Shown piece by piece: positions 38,256 through 48,392 of a DNA stretch of 52,837 nucleotides. A model generated the notes under the pieces. The model saw only the letters and a program-made list of their open reading frames with translations, searched no databases and was not told the origin of the DNA. The stretch comes from Methanotrichaceae archaeon (lineage in GTDB: Archaea; Halobacteriota; Methanosarcinia; Methanotrichales; Methanotrichaceae), in NCBI GenBank assembly GCA_963803145.1, contig CAWDLW010000034.1, positions 1-52,837 of the forward strand. Reading direction: 5' to 3'. Numbering within the stretch: the first letter of the stretch is position 1; every line of letters starts with the position of its first letter. Made by a program: the position numbers and the translations under genes.

Positions 38256-40025
38256 TTAGGATATCCTTACGGTCAATGGAGTGGACCAGTCAGAATCCGT
38301 TCCATCTCCATCCTCAGCCTTTACCAGGATTTGGTAAGTCCCTGGAGCACTCCATTTATGGCTTGTGGATATGGGCCTTCCTGAGGCGACAGGCCCGACC
38401 TCAGAGGTTGTGCCATCTCCCCAATCGAAGATATAATTTAGCTTGCTGCCATTAGGATCTTTGGAGAGTGTAAAATAGCGGTAAGATACTCCTTTTACTC
38501 CTCTGATCGACCCAATCGGTTTGTGAGGTTGATTTGGCTGGGTGACGGCCTGCAATATTTTTATAGTCTCCAGTTCCGACCATCCGGAGGACGCGCCTTT
38601 GCCATCAATCGCCTTTACCTTAATCTGATAATCTCCCGCTTTATCCCAGCTGTGAGTTGCACCTACGCTTCTTCCGGAATCGAATAAACTCGTGACTGAT
38701 GTTGTTCCGTCTCCCCAATCGAATGTGTACTTTATCTGATCTCCATTGGGATCTATAGCGGACGTTGTATATGTGTAAGCCGTTTTTTCGCGTCCTGAGC
38801 TAGGTCCTACTGGTGAAGATGAAATGGCTGGGGGTACATTGGTATTAGCATAGCTTATGTTAAGACTCATCCAGTAGAATGCGTTTCCTAGACCGGGATA
38901 ACCGCAATCATAGTTCATGTCCATGTTCATCAGGAAAAGTCCATTCGGTCTGTTGGATGATGCTCCCCAACTGTTCAGCATTATCCAGTAGCGATTATTG
39001 GGATCGGTATCATCATATCCGACACAGAGAACAGCATGTCCGCCGCCTTCGCGATCGTTGTACAATTTTCCGCATGCCAGATCAGGCTTCCAGACGGCGC
39101 TCTCCTTCTGCGAGTCCCAGAAGCTGAAAAAATTATTCCAGGCGCTGTTGTCTGGAAGGAAGAATCCGAACCAGATCGCTTTACCTTGCTTTAGTACGTT
39201 CTTAATATTGGCAATTGAAGCATCTTTGCCTACTCCCTGCGTAGGAATGGTTTCCACACTTATCGAGGATATATTGTAATGGGGATTGGTAGATATAGAG
39301 CTGGCAGGCACACTCGTCGATCCATCTTCACAGCTTCTGCTGCCATCCTTCCAGAGTGCGTTTGTATTGGACCATGGGATGGTCATCAACTTGCTGCTGT
39401 AAAAGTCTGCTATATCCTCAAGCCATCCTCCGCAGCAAGCCCAGTCGCCTCCGCTGCCGCTAGGGAGATTGGAATTCATGTACTGGACTGAGAGCCTATC
39501 TTTTACCCCATTCTGATAGGCATTATCTATTTCCATGACGCCTGTCCCTGCCCATGCCCAGCAGTTGCCACATTTTCCCTGGTTGCGCTCAGAGGGCGTA
39601 TAATTTAGATAATCTAAGAGGCTGAAATGTTCGCCTTTAGTCTGAGTCAGTTCAGCCGTAACTCTTGGGCTCAAATATGCAACAGGTGCTGCCATATATC
39701 CCATCACCCATTTAGATGCCTCTGCATGGGTCGGATGCATGATCGTGTGGCTCACGTTTCCTACAGGTCCCCCAACTGAATCAGGTATCTTAGCGGAGCC
39801 ATTTCCATATTCCGCTGAAGCAGACTCGTTATCATTAGTCAAGCCTTGATCTGCAGTATATCCGAGTTTTATCTCCGTCTTGTCTTTCACGCCACCTATA
39901 GAAATTACATTGCTGATATCTGTGCAGTTACAGGCGTTGCATATAGGTAAGACCAGTGGGATTAATAGAATACAAGTTATTATTAAATAACTTATGAAGC
40001 TTAGTTCCCTCTTATACGGCATCAT
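38256..40025 (-). CDS. Secreted papain-like (C1) cysteine peptidase with two PKD-like domains
   Basis: QGKCGNCW, GGHAV, NSWG; FDWGDG twice. Confidence 0.92.
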   Translation of the reverse strand: MMPYKRELSFISYLIITCILLIPLVLPICNACNCTDISNVISIGGVKDKTEIKLGYTADQGLTNDNESASAEYGNGSAKIPDSVGGPVGNVSHTIMHPTHAEASKWVMGYMAAPVAYLSPRVTAELTQTKGEHFSLLDYLNYTPSERNQGKCGNCWAWAGTGVMEIDNAYQNGVKDRLSVQYMNSNLPSGSGGDWACCGGWLEDIADFYSSKLMTIPWSNTNALWKDGSRSCEDGSTSVPASSISTNPHYNISSISVETIPTQGVGKDASIANIKNVLKQGKAIWFGFFLPDNSAWNNFFSFWDSQKESAVWKPDLACGKLYNDREGGGHAVLCVGYDDTDPNNRYWIMLNSWGASSNRPNGLFLMNMDMNYDCGYPGLGNAFYWMSLNISYANTNVPPAISSSPVGPSSGREKTAYTYTTSAIDPNGDQIKYTFDWGDGTTSVTSLFDSGRSVGATHSWDKAGDYQIKVKAIDGKGASSGWSELETIKILQAVTQPNQPHKPIGSIRGVKGVSYRYFTLSKDPNGSKLNYIFDWGDGTTSEVGPVASGRPISTSHKWSAPGTYQILVKAEDGDGTDSDWSTPLTVRIS

Positions 40026-40178
40026 TCAACACACCGTATATATTCTCATACAGTTAGGATATAAAATTTTCTGAAAGTATGATAAGTTGCCGATAAGATG
40101 TAGGTATATCAACTCAACAGAAAAATATTGTGATAATAATAGTAATAATGATATCACTAAGATATCATCGCCATACCT

Positions 40179-40964
40179 TTATATCTTGGCAGCCTCCACC
40201 TCAAGCCTCATCATTTGAACGTGAACCATCCCGTCTCGATCCGGGGGATGGCACTCAATATAGCTATCAGCAACCTCACCTACGAACACCTGACGCATAT
40301 CCTCCGGAAGCCTTTCGAGGTATGGGAGCCATGTGGTTCTGATCCATCCCTCAAGGCCGGTTTTATTATGGATCATGTCCTTGGATAGTAGCTCCACGCG
40401 CAGTGCCTTCAAACCAGCCTGGGCAAGCCATGGACTGTACTCCTCTGGGCCGTAGAAATAGTATGGAAACGCGAAGCTTTGGAAGTATTTTGACCACGTT
40501 TCCCGTCTGATCAGATCAGTAGCCATATTGAGGATCTCGGAAGCATTTCCCCTTCCACCACACTGGAAAAGAATCCTGCCTCCCGGCCTGAGACTTCGTC
40601 CTACTCCCCGCAATACCGACAGATGATCCTTAACCCAGTGAAGACAGGCGAAGGAGACTGCTAGATCGAATTCCTCTTCGAAATCAATGCTGGACGCATC
40701 CCCTAGCTGGAACGTGAGTTTTCCGTATTTATCTCTAGTGTACTTGCCTTTTGCAAAGTCTATCATCTCTTGAGAAATATCAATTCCCAAAACTGAGCCA
40801 TTGGGTACAAGAGAAGCAATTCCGGAAGTGATCTTTCCGTCTCCACATCCGATATCTAATATTCTTTCATCTCCCCTCAGGTCAAGCTCTGATATTAGAC
40901 CCAAAGCCCAGTTATACTGGGCAGATGAACTCTTCTCGTAGTCTTCAGGGTTCCAATTGTGCAT
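40179..40964 (-). CDS. Class I SAM methyltransferase (trans-aconitate methyltransferase-like)
   Basis: LDIGCGDG, LHWV. Confidence 0.88.
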   Translation of the reverse strand: MHNWNPEDYEKSSSAQYNWALGLISELDLRGDERILDIGCGDGKITSGIASLVPNGSVLGIDISQEMIDFAKGKYTRDKYGKLTFQLGDASSIDFEEEFDLAVSFACLHWVKDHLSVLRGVGRSLRPGGRILFQCGGRGNASEILNMATDLIRRETWSKYFQSFAFPYYFYGPEEYSPWLAQAGLKALRVELLSKDMIHNKTGLEGWIRTTWLPYLERLPEDMRQVFVGEVADSYIECHPPDRDGMVHVQMMRLEVEAAKI

Positions 40965-41223
40965 TGCTGATAGCCGGTTCTCTATGGTATAAACAATTGA
41001 TCCTTAAGTGAGACAGAGACATAATAGTAATTGATATCATTACCAAATAATTTATTTTATGGAATAGCCAGCAGCCTGCTGCTGATGGGATAAAGCGAAT
41101 CCGTATCCGTATCCATCTCAGGATGGATCAATTAGCTATTGTAAATATAATGCGACGGCACTTTGACTGCCCTCGATTCTGTTTCGTGTGCACGCCGCTT
41201 AATTATGGCTAAAAATTCAGGGT

Positions 41224-41613
41224 TCAGCTGCCCTCTTCAGGGCCCTGAATTGGGACATGCGTCTCCCTCTTCTTAGGAGACATACCCTCTGCGATCTTTG
41301 GCACAGCTTCCGCAATCTGCTCCACAACCGAGGCTCTGGGCGGCGATTTGAGAGTCTCCAATTTAACCCCGTTCTCATCTATGACTACAACCGCCACAGG
41401 CCTTATTGCCATGCCGCCACCCCCACCGCCACCACCAGCATTATCCGATGATTTCCCTGTGCCCGTTCCAGCACCGAATCCCATGCCGACGCTAATTAGA
41501 GGAATGATGGTCTTTCCCTCGAAGGTCACGGGATCGCCGACGACTGTTTTGGCAGATATAGACTTCTGCATCTCAGCGGTTATGGCCCTAATTACATCTT
41601 CAAGGCTTTCCAT
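41224..41613 (-). CDS. GerW/YtfJ family protein
   Basis: TVVGDPV...IIPL..VGMGFGAG, GGGGG..IRPVAVVVI. Confidence 0.88.
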   Translation of the reverse strand: MESLEDVIRAITAEMQKSISAKTVVGDPVTFEGKTIIPLISVGMGFGAGTGTGKSSDNAGGGGGGGGMAIRPVAVVVIDENGVKLETLKSPPRASVVEQIAEAVPKIAEGMSPKKRETHVPIQGPEEGS

Positions 41614-41697
41614 ATCTAACTCCTTTTAATAATCAACGCTGATGGATGAAAAAGCTTTCCTATATCCTCAGTCATTGAAAATAGAAATGGCACTAAT

Positions 41698-42930
41698 CTA
41701 TGCTCCCGATATCTCCTCTGGGTGATTTACACACTCAGAGGTGAGAAATCTATCCTTAGGCTTAAGATCGAAAAAAGAATTTAACGTCGTCTGGCCCCCT
41801 CGTAAGGTTTCCTTGATAAGCGTCCCCTCCTCTATAAATCTTTTTATCGGAAGCTCAAGCCTTGTTGATAAATATGCGAACGCAGACTTCGTGTCCTCAA
41901 ACTCCTTTGCAGGTTGTGTCATAGCATTCCTAACGTTCTCGCGGACGTTGAAGACCCCAAGAGGCACATATCCGCTATACGCCTCCCGGAGTATTATTGC
42001 ACCTGCCTGCATCTGCGTACGTGCCAATGCCTCAAGAACAGCCATCTTGCAGGCGTAATAGCATCCACCCACTCTGGAATAGCCCTTCTTTCCGGTGTTA
42101 TACTCGTAGTCTGAAAATACCAACTCCTCTCCTCCAAGGATACGAAGAAAAGCCTCACTCCATTCGTACTGCCATGCTGTCGGCATAAGGAGGACTGCAT
42201 AGTAGTTATTCAGGCTGCTGAACTCATGAACGCGGCAGCAGTCGATTATATCATACTGCCTAACTGCCTTCAGCAAACGGTTTCCTATCGCAGTGTCGCA
42301 GGCTGTGATGGACCATCGCGTTGGCACAAGTCGCCTTCTGCGTGCTGTCCCGAAGGCTCCGACTGAAAAAGCCTTCTGTATGCTGGAGAAGGGAATGCCT
42401 TTGTTGCTTAGATCAACTACTGCATTGGCAGCTTTGAGATCGTAATCGTAGTATGCCTTCTCAAGCTGATGATCCCATCGAACATTGCCTATGTCAAATC
42501 TTTCGATAGTCGCACTCGGTCCAAATGGCGTGTGATCATCGCTAAAGGACATGCCCTTAGGCACACTGTCAAATTGTGCCTCGCTCTCAATGGAACTCCC
42601 AGCAAGAGCGATCTCTTGGAGTTTTTCAACAAAGCGACTGCTAGTGTCAGTTATCTCAATTTGCCGCTTTCCTCTTACAAGGTTCAGTCTATAGTCGATG
42701 ATGTTCTCCTGAGTCTTTCGCTCAGGTATCCAGGATTCGGGTAGATCCATTATTGCAGTATCGCCATGTTGAGGTGCGATCATAGGCCCGGCGTAGACCT
42801 TAGGATAGTTCCAGCTACCGATGAAGACTGAGGGCGGTGTGCTGCCGTCCACCTCCTTGCCCACGTCTATAGACCGCATGGTTACATTGGCGGTCAGCTT
42901 TTTGAGGTAAGCTTCCTTTCCTTTTAGCAT
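41698..42930 (-). CDS. Second Nre family DNA repair protein
   Basis: [34 protein letters not shown]-like QTTLNSFF. Confidence 0.88.
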   Translation of the reverse strand: MLKGKEAYLKKLTANVTMRSIDVGKEVDGSTPPSVFIGSWNYPKVYAGPMIAPQHGDTAIMDLPESWIPERKTQENIIDYRLNLVRGKRQIEITDTSSRFVEKLQEIALAGSSIESEAQFDSVPKGMSFSDDHTPFGPSATIERFDIGNVRWDHQLEKAYYDYDLKAANAVVDLSNKGIPFSSIQKAFSVGAFGTARRRRLVPTRWSITACDTAIGNRLLKAVRQYDIIDCCRVHEFSSLNNYYAVLLMPTAWQYEWSEAFLRILGGEELVFSDYEYNTGKKGYSRVGGCYYACKMAVLEALARTQMQAGAIILREAYSGYVPLGVFNVRENVRNAMTQPAKEFEDTKSAFAYLSTRLELPIKRFIEEGTLIKETLRGGQTTLNSFFDLKPKDRFLTSECVNHPEEISGA

Positions 42931-43172
42931 ATTTTTCTCATTTTAGCATATATCTCTCAGGGGGTGTAACATTTTATTGGATTGTCTACTAGAGATAAGT
43001 GATCCGTGCGGGGCGAAAGTGATTGAGTTTATTAAGGCCGCCTTTGTGCCTTTATGGTTGGAAAACGCTTGTTCCATTAATCAACACGCTGTGCACCATT
43101 ATCGTCTGAAAATCAAATGAAATCTAATTAATAAAAACTACACGCTCTTCTGGTGCTAACACTAACTACACT

Positions 43173-43252
43173 CTAGCGCGCTCAGTCGCCGCGCGGGCTG
43201 CCCCTAACCCCTCTTCGGGGGAAGGTTTTGGAAACGTGGGCGATAAGGTTGA
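43173..43252. repeat. GC-rich structured repeat, type A copy 2
   Basis: 55/56 identical to 4968-5023; followed by TAAGGTTGA. Confidence 0.85.
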
Positions 43253-43294
43253 ATGGGATGAGATGAACGATTCCCTCATACATTATAGTAAAAG

Positions 43295-44479
43295 TTATTC
43301 GCCCCCCTTAATCATAGTCCCTAAAAGCTCCGTAGCATCAATCACCCCAAACCCACCCCGCTTCGCCGCCTCCTCATCAAAGCTCTGAACCCCGTCGGGC
43401 TTGATCCCACTGCCCATGATTGCAAACGGCACTGGATCCATTGTGTGTGTCTTGACTGCTATTGGAGTAGCATGATCAGGCAATAATAGTACTCTCCAGT
43501 CCTCGCCATTGCTCTTCAGTCCCTGAATCATCGGCCCGACTACCCTTTGATCGAAAAGCTCTATCGCCCTGATCTTCTGCTCTAAATTCCCTTCATGACC
43601 GGCCTCATCCGGAGCCTCAATATGCAAGTAAACGAAATCCTTTTGCACCAAGGCATCGAGTGCTGCTTTCACCTTGCCCTCGTAATTCGTATCTATGTTG
43701 CCTGTAGCCCCCCGAACATCGATTACCTCAAGACCGGCATAGGTTCCAATTCCTTTGAGCAGATCCACAGCAGAGATCATTGCACCATTCAGTCCGTACT
43801 TCTCTGTAAATGTCGGAATCGTTGGTGCTCCGCCCTGACCCCAGAGCCAGATCATGTTAGCAGGCTTCTTTCCTTCAGCAATCCTCTTCGCGTTTACAGG
43901 ATGAGCGGCAAGGACTGGTTTTGCAATCTCCATCAGCTCTATTAATAGCTCCGAATCCTTCCCCCGCGGCAGATAATCATCGATCGGCTTATCAGTGATA
44001 TCGTGCGGCGGAGTACAGATTGCGCGCTCACCTGCCTTCAAAATCAAAAGGTTGCGATAGCTTACTCCCGGATAGAGACGCTTGGCAGGCATAAGAGGCT
44101 TCAGTGCCTTAATCAGCTCGTGGCCCTCATCGTTTGTGATGTGCCCTGCGCTATAGTCCTTCATAATGTCGTTTACAATGGTAACGAAGTTGCATCTGAA
44201 GGCAATATCACCTTCAGCTAGCTGTATACCCATTGCAGCAGCCTCCAATGGCGCCCGGCCCGTATAGTACCTGGAAGGATCATAGCCCATGATCGAAAGA
44301 TTGGCGACATCGCTTCCAGGAGGCATGCCCTCAGGAACGGTCCTGGCAAGGCCGCTTTTACCCATCATGGCTACTGCATCCATGTTCGGCTTATTCGCGA
44401 CCTGCAGAGGAGTACGTCCACCCAGTGCCGCCAAGGGCAGATCCGCCATGCCATCGCCGAGGATAACCACGAACTTCAT
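43295..44479 (-). CDS. apgM: Cofactor-independent phosphoglycerate mutase
   Basis: GDGMAD, PGSDVAN, EAPDEAGH, PDHATP. Confidence 0.92.
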   Translation of the reverse strand: MKFVVILGDGMADLPLAALGGRTPLQVANKPNMDAVAMMGKSGLARTVPEGMPPGSDVANLSIMGYDPSRYYTGRAPLEAAAMGIQLAEGDIAFRCNFVTIVNDIMKDYSAGHITNDEGHELIKALKPLMPAKRLYPGVSYRNLLILKAGERAICTPPHDITDKPIDDYLPRGKDSELLIELMEIAKPVLAAHPVNAKRIAEGKKPANMIWLWGQGGAPTIPTFTEKYGLNGAMISAVDLLKGIGTYAGLEVIDVRGATGNIDTNYEGKVKAALDALVQKDFVYLHIEAPDEAGHEGNLEQKIRAIELFDQRVVGPMIQGLKSNGEDWRVLLLPDHATPIAVKTHTMDPVPFAIMGSGIKPDGVQSFDEEAAKRGGFGVIDATELLGTMIKGGE

Positions 44480-44551
44480 CAGCCCTCCTATTGCATTAAT
44501 CGTAATATTGGCTATATTAATGGCAAAAATATGAAGATATCCGATTAATCT

Positions 44552-45193
44552 TCAAGCTTCAGCTTTCTTCGACTCGCGAGCATTGATCTCGGCAAGGTGC
44601 TTATTCAATACCTTTGCGAGCGTATTGAGCTTTACCCTGGTGCAAGTTGAACCACGGGTGACTCCAGTGACTATATCCACAACCTCGCCCTTCGTCTCCG
44701 TCTTCTGCTTTGGAGGCTTGACAAGCCTTGTCTTAATGCCCTCCTTTGCGAAATCCTCGAAATCCATAGGACATTGTGCAACGACAACTGCAGGTATATC
44801 AACTTGCGACAGAACCTCCTTAGCCTTATAGATCACGTGAGACTTGACATTTCCAAGGTGGAAAACAGCGATCTTATGCCTGGCTATCTGCTCTATCTCC
44901 TTTCCGCTGATCCCGAAGGTAGGGCCATAGCCTCGTGATGCCGCAGGGAAGCTCTCGGGGACGCCCGTGCCCGACTCAAGTACAAGCACACTTGTCTGTA
45001 TGCCCTCACGCCTTAAACCGTAGGTCATTTCGCAGACCGGCTTGGTTATGTGTCTTCTGCCCGGAGACATAGCGATTGCTATAACATCCGGCCTTGTCGC
45101 CTCTGATAACGTTCCTCTCTGAGCAAGGCCGCCGCCCTTGGCGAGGCCCATGCTCTCTCTGCAATCCACGACTTGAGTCGCCCTGCCGATCAT
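44552..45193 (-). CDS. mcrC: Methyl-coenzyme M reductase operon protein C
   Basis: [34 protein letters not shown]. Confidence 0.92.
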   Translation of the reverse strand: MIGRATQVVDCRESMGLAKGGGLAQRGTLSEATRPDVIAIAMSPGRRHITKPVCEMTYGLRREGIQTSVLVLESGTGVPESFPAASRGYGPTFGISGKEIEQIARHKIAVFHLGNVKSHVIYKAKEVLSQVDIPAVVVAQCPMDFEDFAKEGIKTRLVKPPKQKTETKGEVVDIVTGVTRGSTCTRVKLNTLAKVLNKHLAEINARESKKAEA

Positions 45194-45245
45194 GAAAAAA
45201 GATTTGACGGGAAAGAATATAGATCTACCGTCTAAACTCGGAGTT

Positions 45246-46043
45246 ATGTTAACCTTCGTTGGCCTGGGCCTTTATGATGAATTGGATGTCTCAATCAAGG
45301 GCCTTGAAGCGGTTAAGAAAGCAGACCTGATCTATGCCGAGTTCTATACATCCAGGTTGATGGGCGCCTCTGTTGAGGATTTGGAGAGATTTTACGGCAG
45401 AAAGATACAACTGCTATCTCGCTCCGATGTGGAGATCGATCCCTCCTGGCTATTGATCGCGCGTGATAAGGATGTGGTCTTGCTTGTAGGCGGCGACCCC
45501 ATGGTCTCCACAACCCACCTGGATCTGAGGCTCAGGGCAATTGAACTTGGCATAAAGACTCGAGTGGTTCATTCATCGTCGATAGTTACTGCAATCTCAG
45601 GACTTACAGGACTTCAGAACTATCGCTTCGGCAGATCAACAACTATTCCTTTCCCTTACACTTCACGTGGAAAACGCATATTGCCCGAGACTCCTTACAT
45701 TGTTCTCAAAGAAAATCTCGAAAGGAACCTACACACGATGCTTTTCTTAGATATCCAGGACGAAAAGTTAAGGTACATGACGGTTAACGAAAGTGTAGAG
45801 CTTCTGTTGGAGATTGAGAGGAATATGGGCGAAAGTCTTCTAGAGAAGCAGCTTGGCATAGGCATAGCGAGGGCGGGATCTGATAACGCCGCTGTGAAGG
45901 CAGATTTCTTTTCAAGGCTAAAAGATTATGATTTCGGAGGGCCGCTGCATATCCTGATTGTGCCGGCAAAGCTTCATTTCATGGAGGCCAAAGCCTTGAT
46001 GGCACTGGCAGGCGCGCCCGCGGATATAGCGGCAGAGGAATGA
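45246..46043 (+). CDS. dph5: Diphthine synthase
   Basis: [34 protein letters not shown]. Confidence 0.95.
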   Translation: MLTFVGLGLYDELDVSIKGLEAVKKADLIYAEFYTSRLMGASVEDLERFYGRKIQLLSRSDVEIDPSWLLIARDKDVVLLVGGDPMVSTTHLDLRLRAIELGIKTRVVHSSSIVTAISGLTGLQNYRFGRSTTIPFPYTSRGKRILPETPYIVLKENLERNLHTMLFLDIQDEKLRYMTVNESVELLLEIERNMGESLLEKQLGIGIARAGSDNAAVKADFFSRLKDYDFGGPLHILIVPAKLHFMEAKALMALAGAPADIAAEE

Positions 46044-46102
46044 AAACGTATTAATATTCCCCCAGTATTCTCCAGGCCGTGCTGGAGGAATACAAGAAGT
46101 AT

Positions 46103-46273
46103 ATGCCCAAAGTTACTGTAGATATCCCTAAACATATCATCGATGATGTGAACGCTCATGTCGGAGATGGGAAGAAGTTTGTCAGCTTCTCCGATGCTGT
46201 AAGAACCGCTTTGCGGAAGATGCTTGATCAGCTGGATGAGATAGATCGCCGCAGGGGGCGCCTCCAGGAATGA
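46103..46273 (+). CDS. Small ribbon-helix-helix protein
   Basis: MPKVTVDIP...FVSFSDAVRTALR. Confidence 0.8.
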   Translation: MPKVTVDIPKHIIDDVNAHVGDGKKFVSFSDAVRTALRKMLDQLDEIDRRRGRLQE

Positions 46274-46617
46274 AGCTGGGGTTAATAGCCGATTTTGACG
46301 CGGCGCATAGCTTGCCGGGCTACCAGGGAAAGTGTGCCAACCTTCATGGCCATACCTACATGGTCGAAGTTGTGATAGAAGGATCCATAGGCGAAAACGG
46401 CTTTGTCATGGACTTCTTCCAGCTAAAGAAGATCCTTAACTCTGTCTTAGAGGATCTTGACCACAGCAACCTAAATGATCTCTTGCCCAATCCAACCGCA
46501 GAGAATATCGCCGAGCTACTATGCAGACGTTTAAGGCATAGCCTTGAAGGCTTACACGTGAGCTTGGTTTCTCTCAAGCTGTGGGAAGGGAAAAATAAGT
46601 GGGTGATGATAGAGTAA
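46270..46617 (+). CDS. queD: 6-carboxytetrahydropterin synthase
   Basis: FDAAH, CANLHGHTY, LDH, PTAEN. Confidence 0.93.
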   Translation: MKLGLIADFDAAHSLPGYQGKCANLHGHTYMVEVVIEGSIGENGFVMDFFQLKKILNSVLEDLDHSNLNDLLPNPTAENIAELLCRRLRHSLEGLHVSLVSLKLWEGKNKWVMIE

Positions 46618-46686
46618 GTAATGATAGATTAAATTGAAGATAGGTTAAAGGACAATCGGCTTGCAAAGTTGGTTTAAAAGATAAAA

Positions 46687-47076
46687 TCAGAGAGTCGTAC
46701 TCCAATTCTTTGCTGCCTCTGGGTTCTCCTTCAGCTCCTTCAAACGTGCCTTTACCTGATCCTCATAGAACTTCTTGTATTTGTCAGCCTTATCTTTTTT
46801 GGCCCACTCATCTAGCTTGTTATCCAAGGCCTTGAACATAAAATCCTTTGCAGCCATTATGGTCTCTAGATCGCCCCTGAACACCAAGATCTCCCTATCC
46901 ATTTCCTCGCCAGTCATATCCATCTTGCCCTTTCTCTTCACGAGGTCAAGATCGAATTTATCCAAAATCTCACGCATAACCGATACCGGCATGCCAAGAG
47001 GTATCGCAAGGTCGTATAGACCCGTCAAATCCTCTTTCGCTGCTTTCTCTTTTATCTCTTCTTCAGGAGCTAACAT
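46687..47076 (-). CDS. Conserved hypothetical protein
   Basis: Protein-like 129-aa ORF (LYDLAIPLG...LVFRGDLE). Confidence 0.7.
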   Translation of the reverse strand: MLAPEEEIKEKAAKEDLTGLYDLAIPLGMPVSVMREILDKFDLDLVKRKGKMDMTGEEMDREILVFRGDLETIMAAKDFMFKALDNKLDEWAKKDKADKYKKFYEDQVKARLKELKENPEAAKNWSTTL

Positions 47077-47361
47077 AGAATTACCCGCGAGCGCTTCTGT
47101 CCACTTCAGATTTAAGCCTATCGAAGTGATAATGCTTGCAGATAATAAAGTAAAAATTCGATAATATCCTTCAGGTAATGTAAAGCCGAGTATTATAATA
47201 ATAGTAGTATAATTATACTACAGATTAAGGGCTGAGCAATACGTGACTAAATCACATTAGCTATCCAATCCAAGCTGGCAGCTATACAGACTCGTTCGTC
47301 TATTCGAGAGCTTTTCAGGGAAACAGTTATTAATGGGATCATCAATCCAAAGGTGCGGGCC

Positions 47362-47435
47362 GGGCCCGTAGCTTAGCTTGGTTGAGCGCACGGCTGATAA
47401 CCGTGAGGTCACGCGTTCAAATCGCGTCGGGCCCA
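47362..47435 (+). tRNA. tRNA-Ile(GAT)
   Basis: GGGCCCG/CGGGCCC acceptor; CACGG-CTGATAA-CCGTG; TTCAAAT T-loop. Confidence 0.96.
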
Positions 47436-47462
47436 TTTTTCCAAAAATAAAGATTTTTAATT

Positions 47463-47918
47463 TTATCTCTGGGATATATCACCTTCGACTATCAAATTCA
47501 TAAGATGATCGAAGCCCACAGTCTGGCACCAGCCGGATCTCTCGAATATGCCCATGAAACAGACTCCAATGAGCTTCTTGTAGTTGATATCTGATAGGGC
47601 GGCATTCAAATCTTCTGCCTTAACTCCAATTTTAGGCATGGCCATGCCTCCAAGAACAACGACAGCATCTGCATCAGGGCTGACATGATCTCCAAGCTCA
47701 AGCCCATACTCTGTAGCGATGATGGCCCGAGTCTTGTCGGCCTGAAGCCCAGGCATGAATGCGAGATGCTTTTCCTTCACGGGATATCCTAGGAGCAGGG
47801 CAAAAGGAGTGCAGAACCCTGGGGAACCGATGAACGTTATTTTTGCGTCATCCTTGACGAGATCACGAAAACCGTTCAGCATTCCGCCAAGGCCCTTTAC
47901 GTCTTGAATTTTCTCCAT
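47463..47918 (-). CDS. DUF2124-like methanogen protein
   Basis: GFCTPFA, LGGMAMP, GVCFMGIF. Confidence 0.8.
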   Translation of the reverse strand: MEKIQDVKGLGGMLNGFRDLVKDDAKITFIGSPGFCTPFALLLGYPVKEKHLAFMPGLQADKTRAIIATEYGLELGDHVSPDADAVVVLGGMAMPKIGVKAEDLNAALSDINYKKLIGVCFMGIFERSGWCQTVGFDHLMNLIVEGDISQR

Positions 47919-47978
47919 AAAGATCGAGATTATAATCGCGAATCCAGGCTTTATATTTTTACCTTGCAGTATATTGAT

Positions 47979-48352
47979 GGGCAGAGCGGGAAGACCTAAC
48001 CGATATCATGAAGGGTAAGAAGAACAAGAAGCTCGGAAAGTGGAGCTTTGCAGAATTGAGAAGCATTATAGAGTACAAGGCGGCAGCTATCGGAAAGTCA
48101 GTAATAGCTATAGATCCGGGATATACTTCTCGTACTTGTTCCAGATGTGGATTTCAAAAGAAGGAAAACAGAAATGGCAGAACCTTCAAATGCAAGAGTT
48201 GTGGCTTCCACGTCGATGCAGATTTGAACGCTTCCAGGAACATCGCTACCTTCAGTAGACCTGATCGTAGCAGGCTGCAATGTCAACCAGCCAATCGTAG
48301 CCCAATATAATCGGAGCTACAAGCCCCCGTCCTTTAGGGCGAGGCAGTTGAC
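47979..48352 (+). mobile_element. tnpB: IS200/IS605 remnant: tnpB 3' fragment plus right end
   Basis: EDL (47990), WSF, TSRTCSRCG, FKCKSCG, DADLNASRNI; right-end hairpin AAGCCCCCGTCCTTTAGGGCGAGGCAGTTGAC; left boundary uncertain. Confidence 0.85.
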
Positions 48353-48392
48353 ACTTTTACCTTAAATAGAAATAGAACCTAGAATAGTTTAT

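Noticed and set aside
47188-47222. AT-rich palindrome AGTATAATTATACT
   Set aside because: Low-complexity context; could arise by chance
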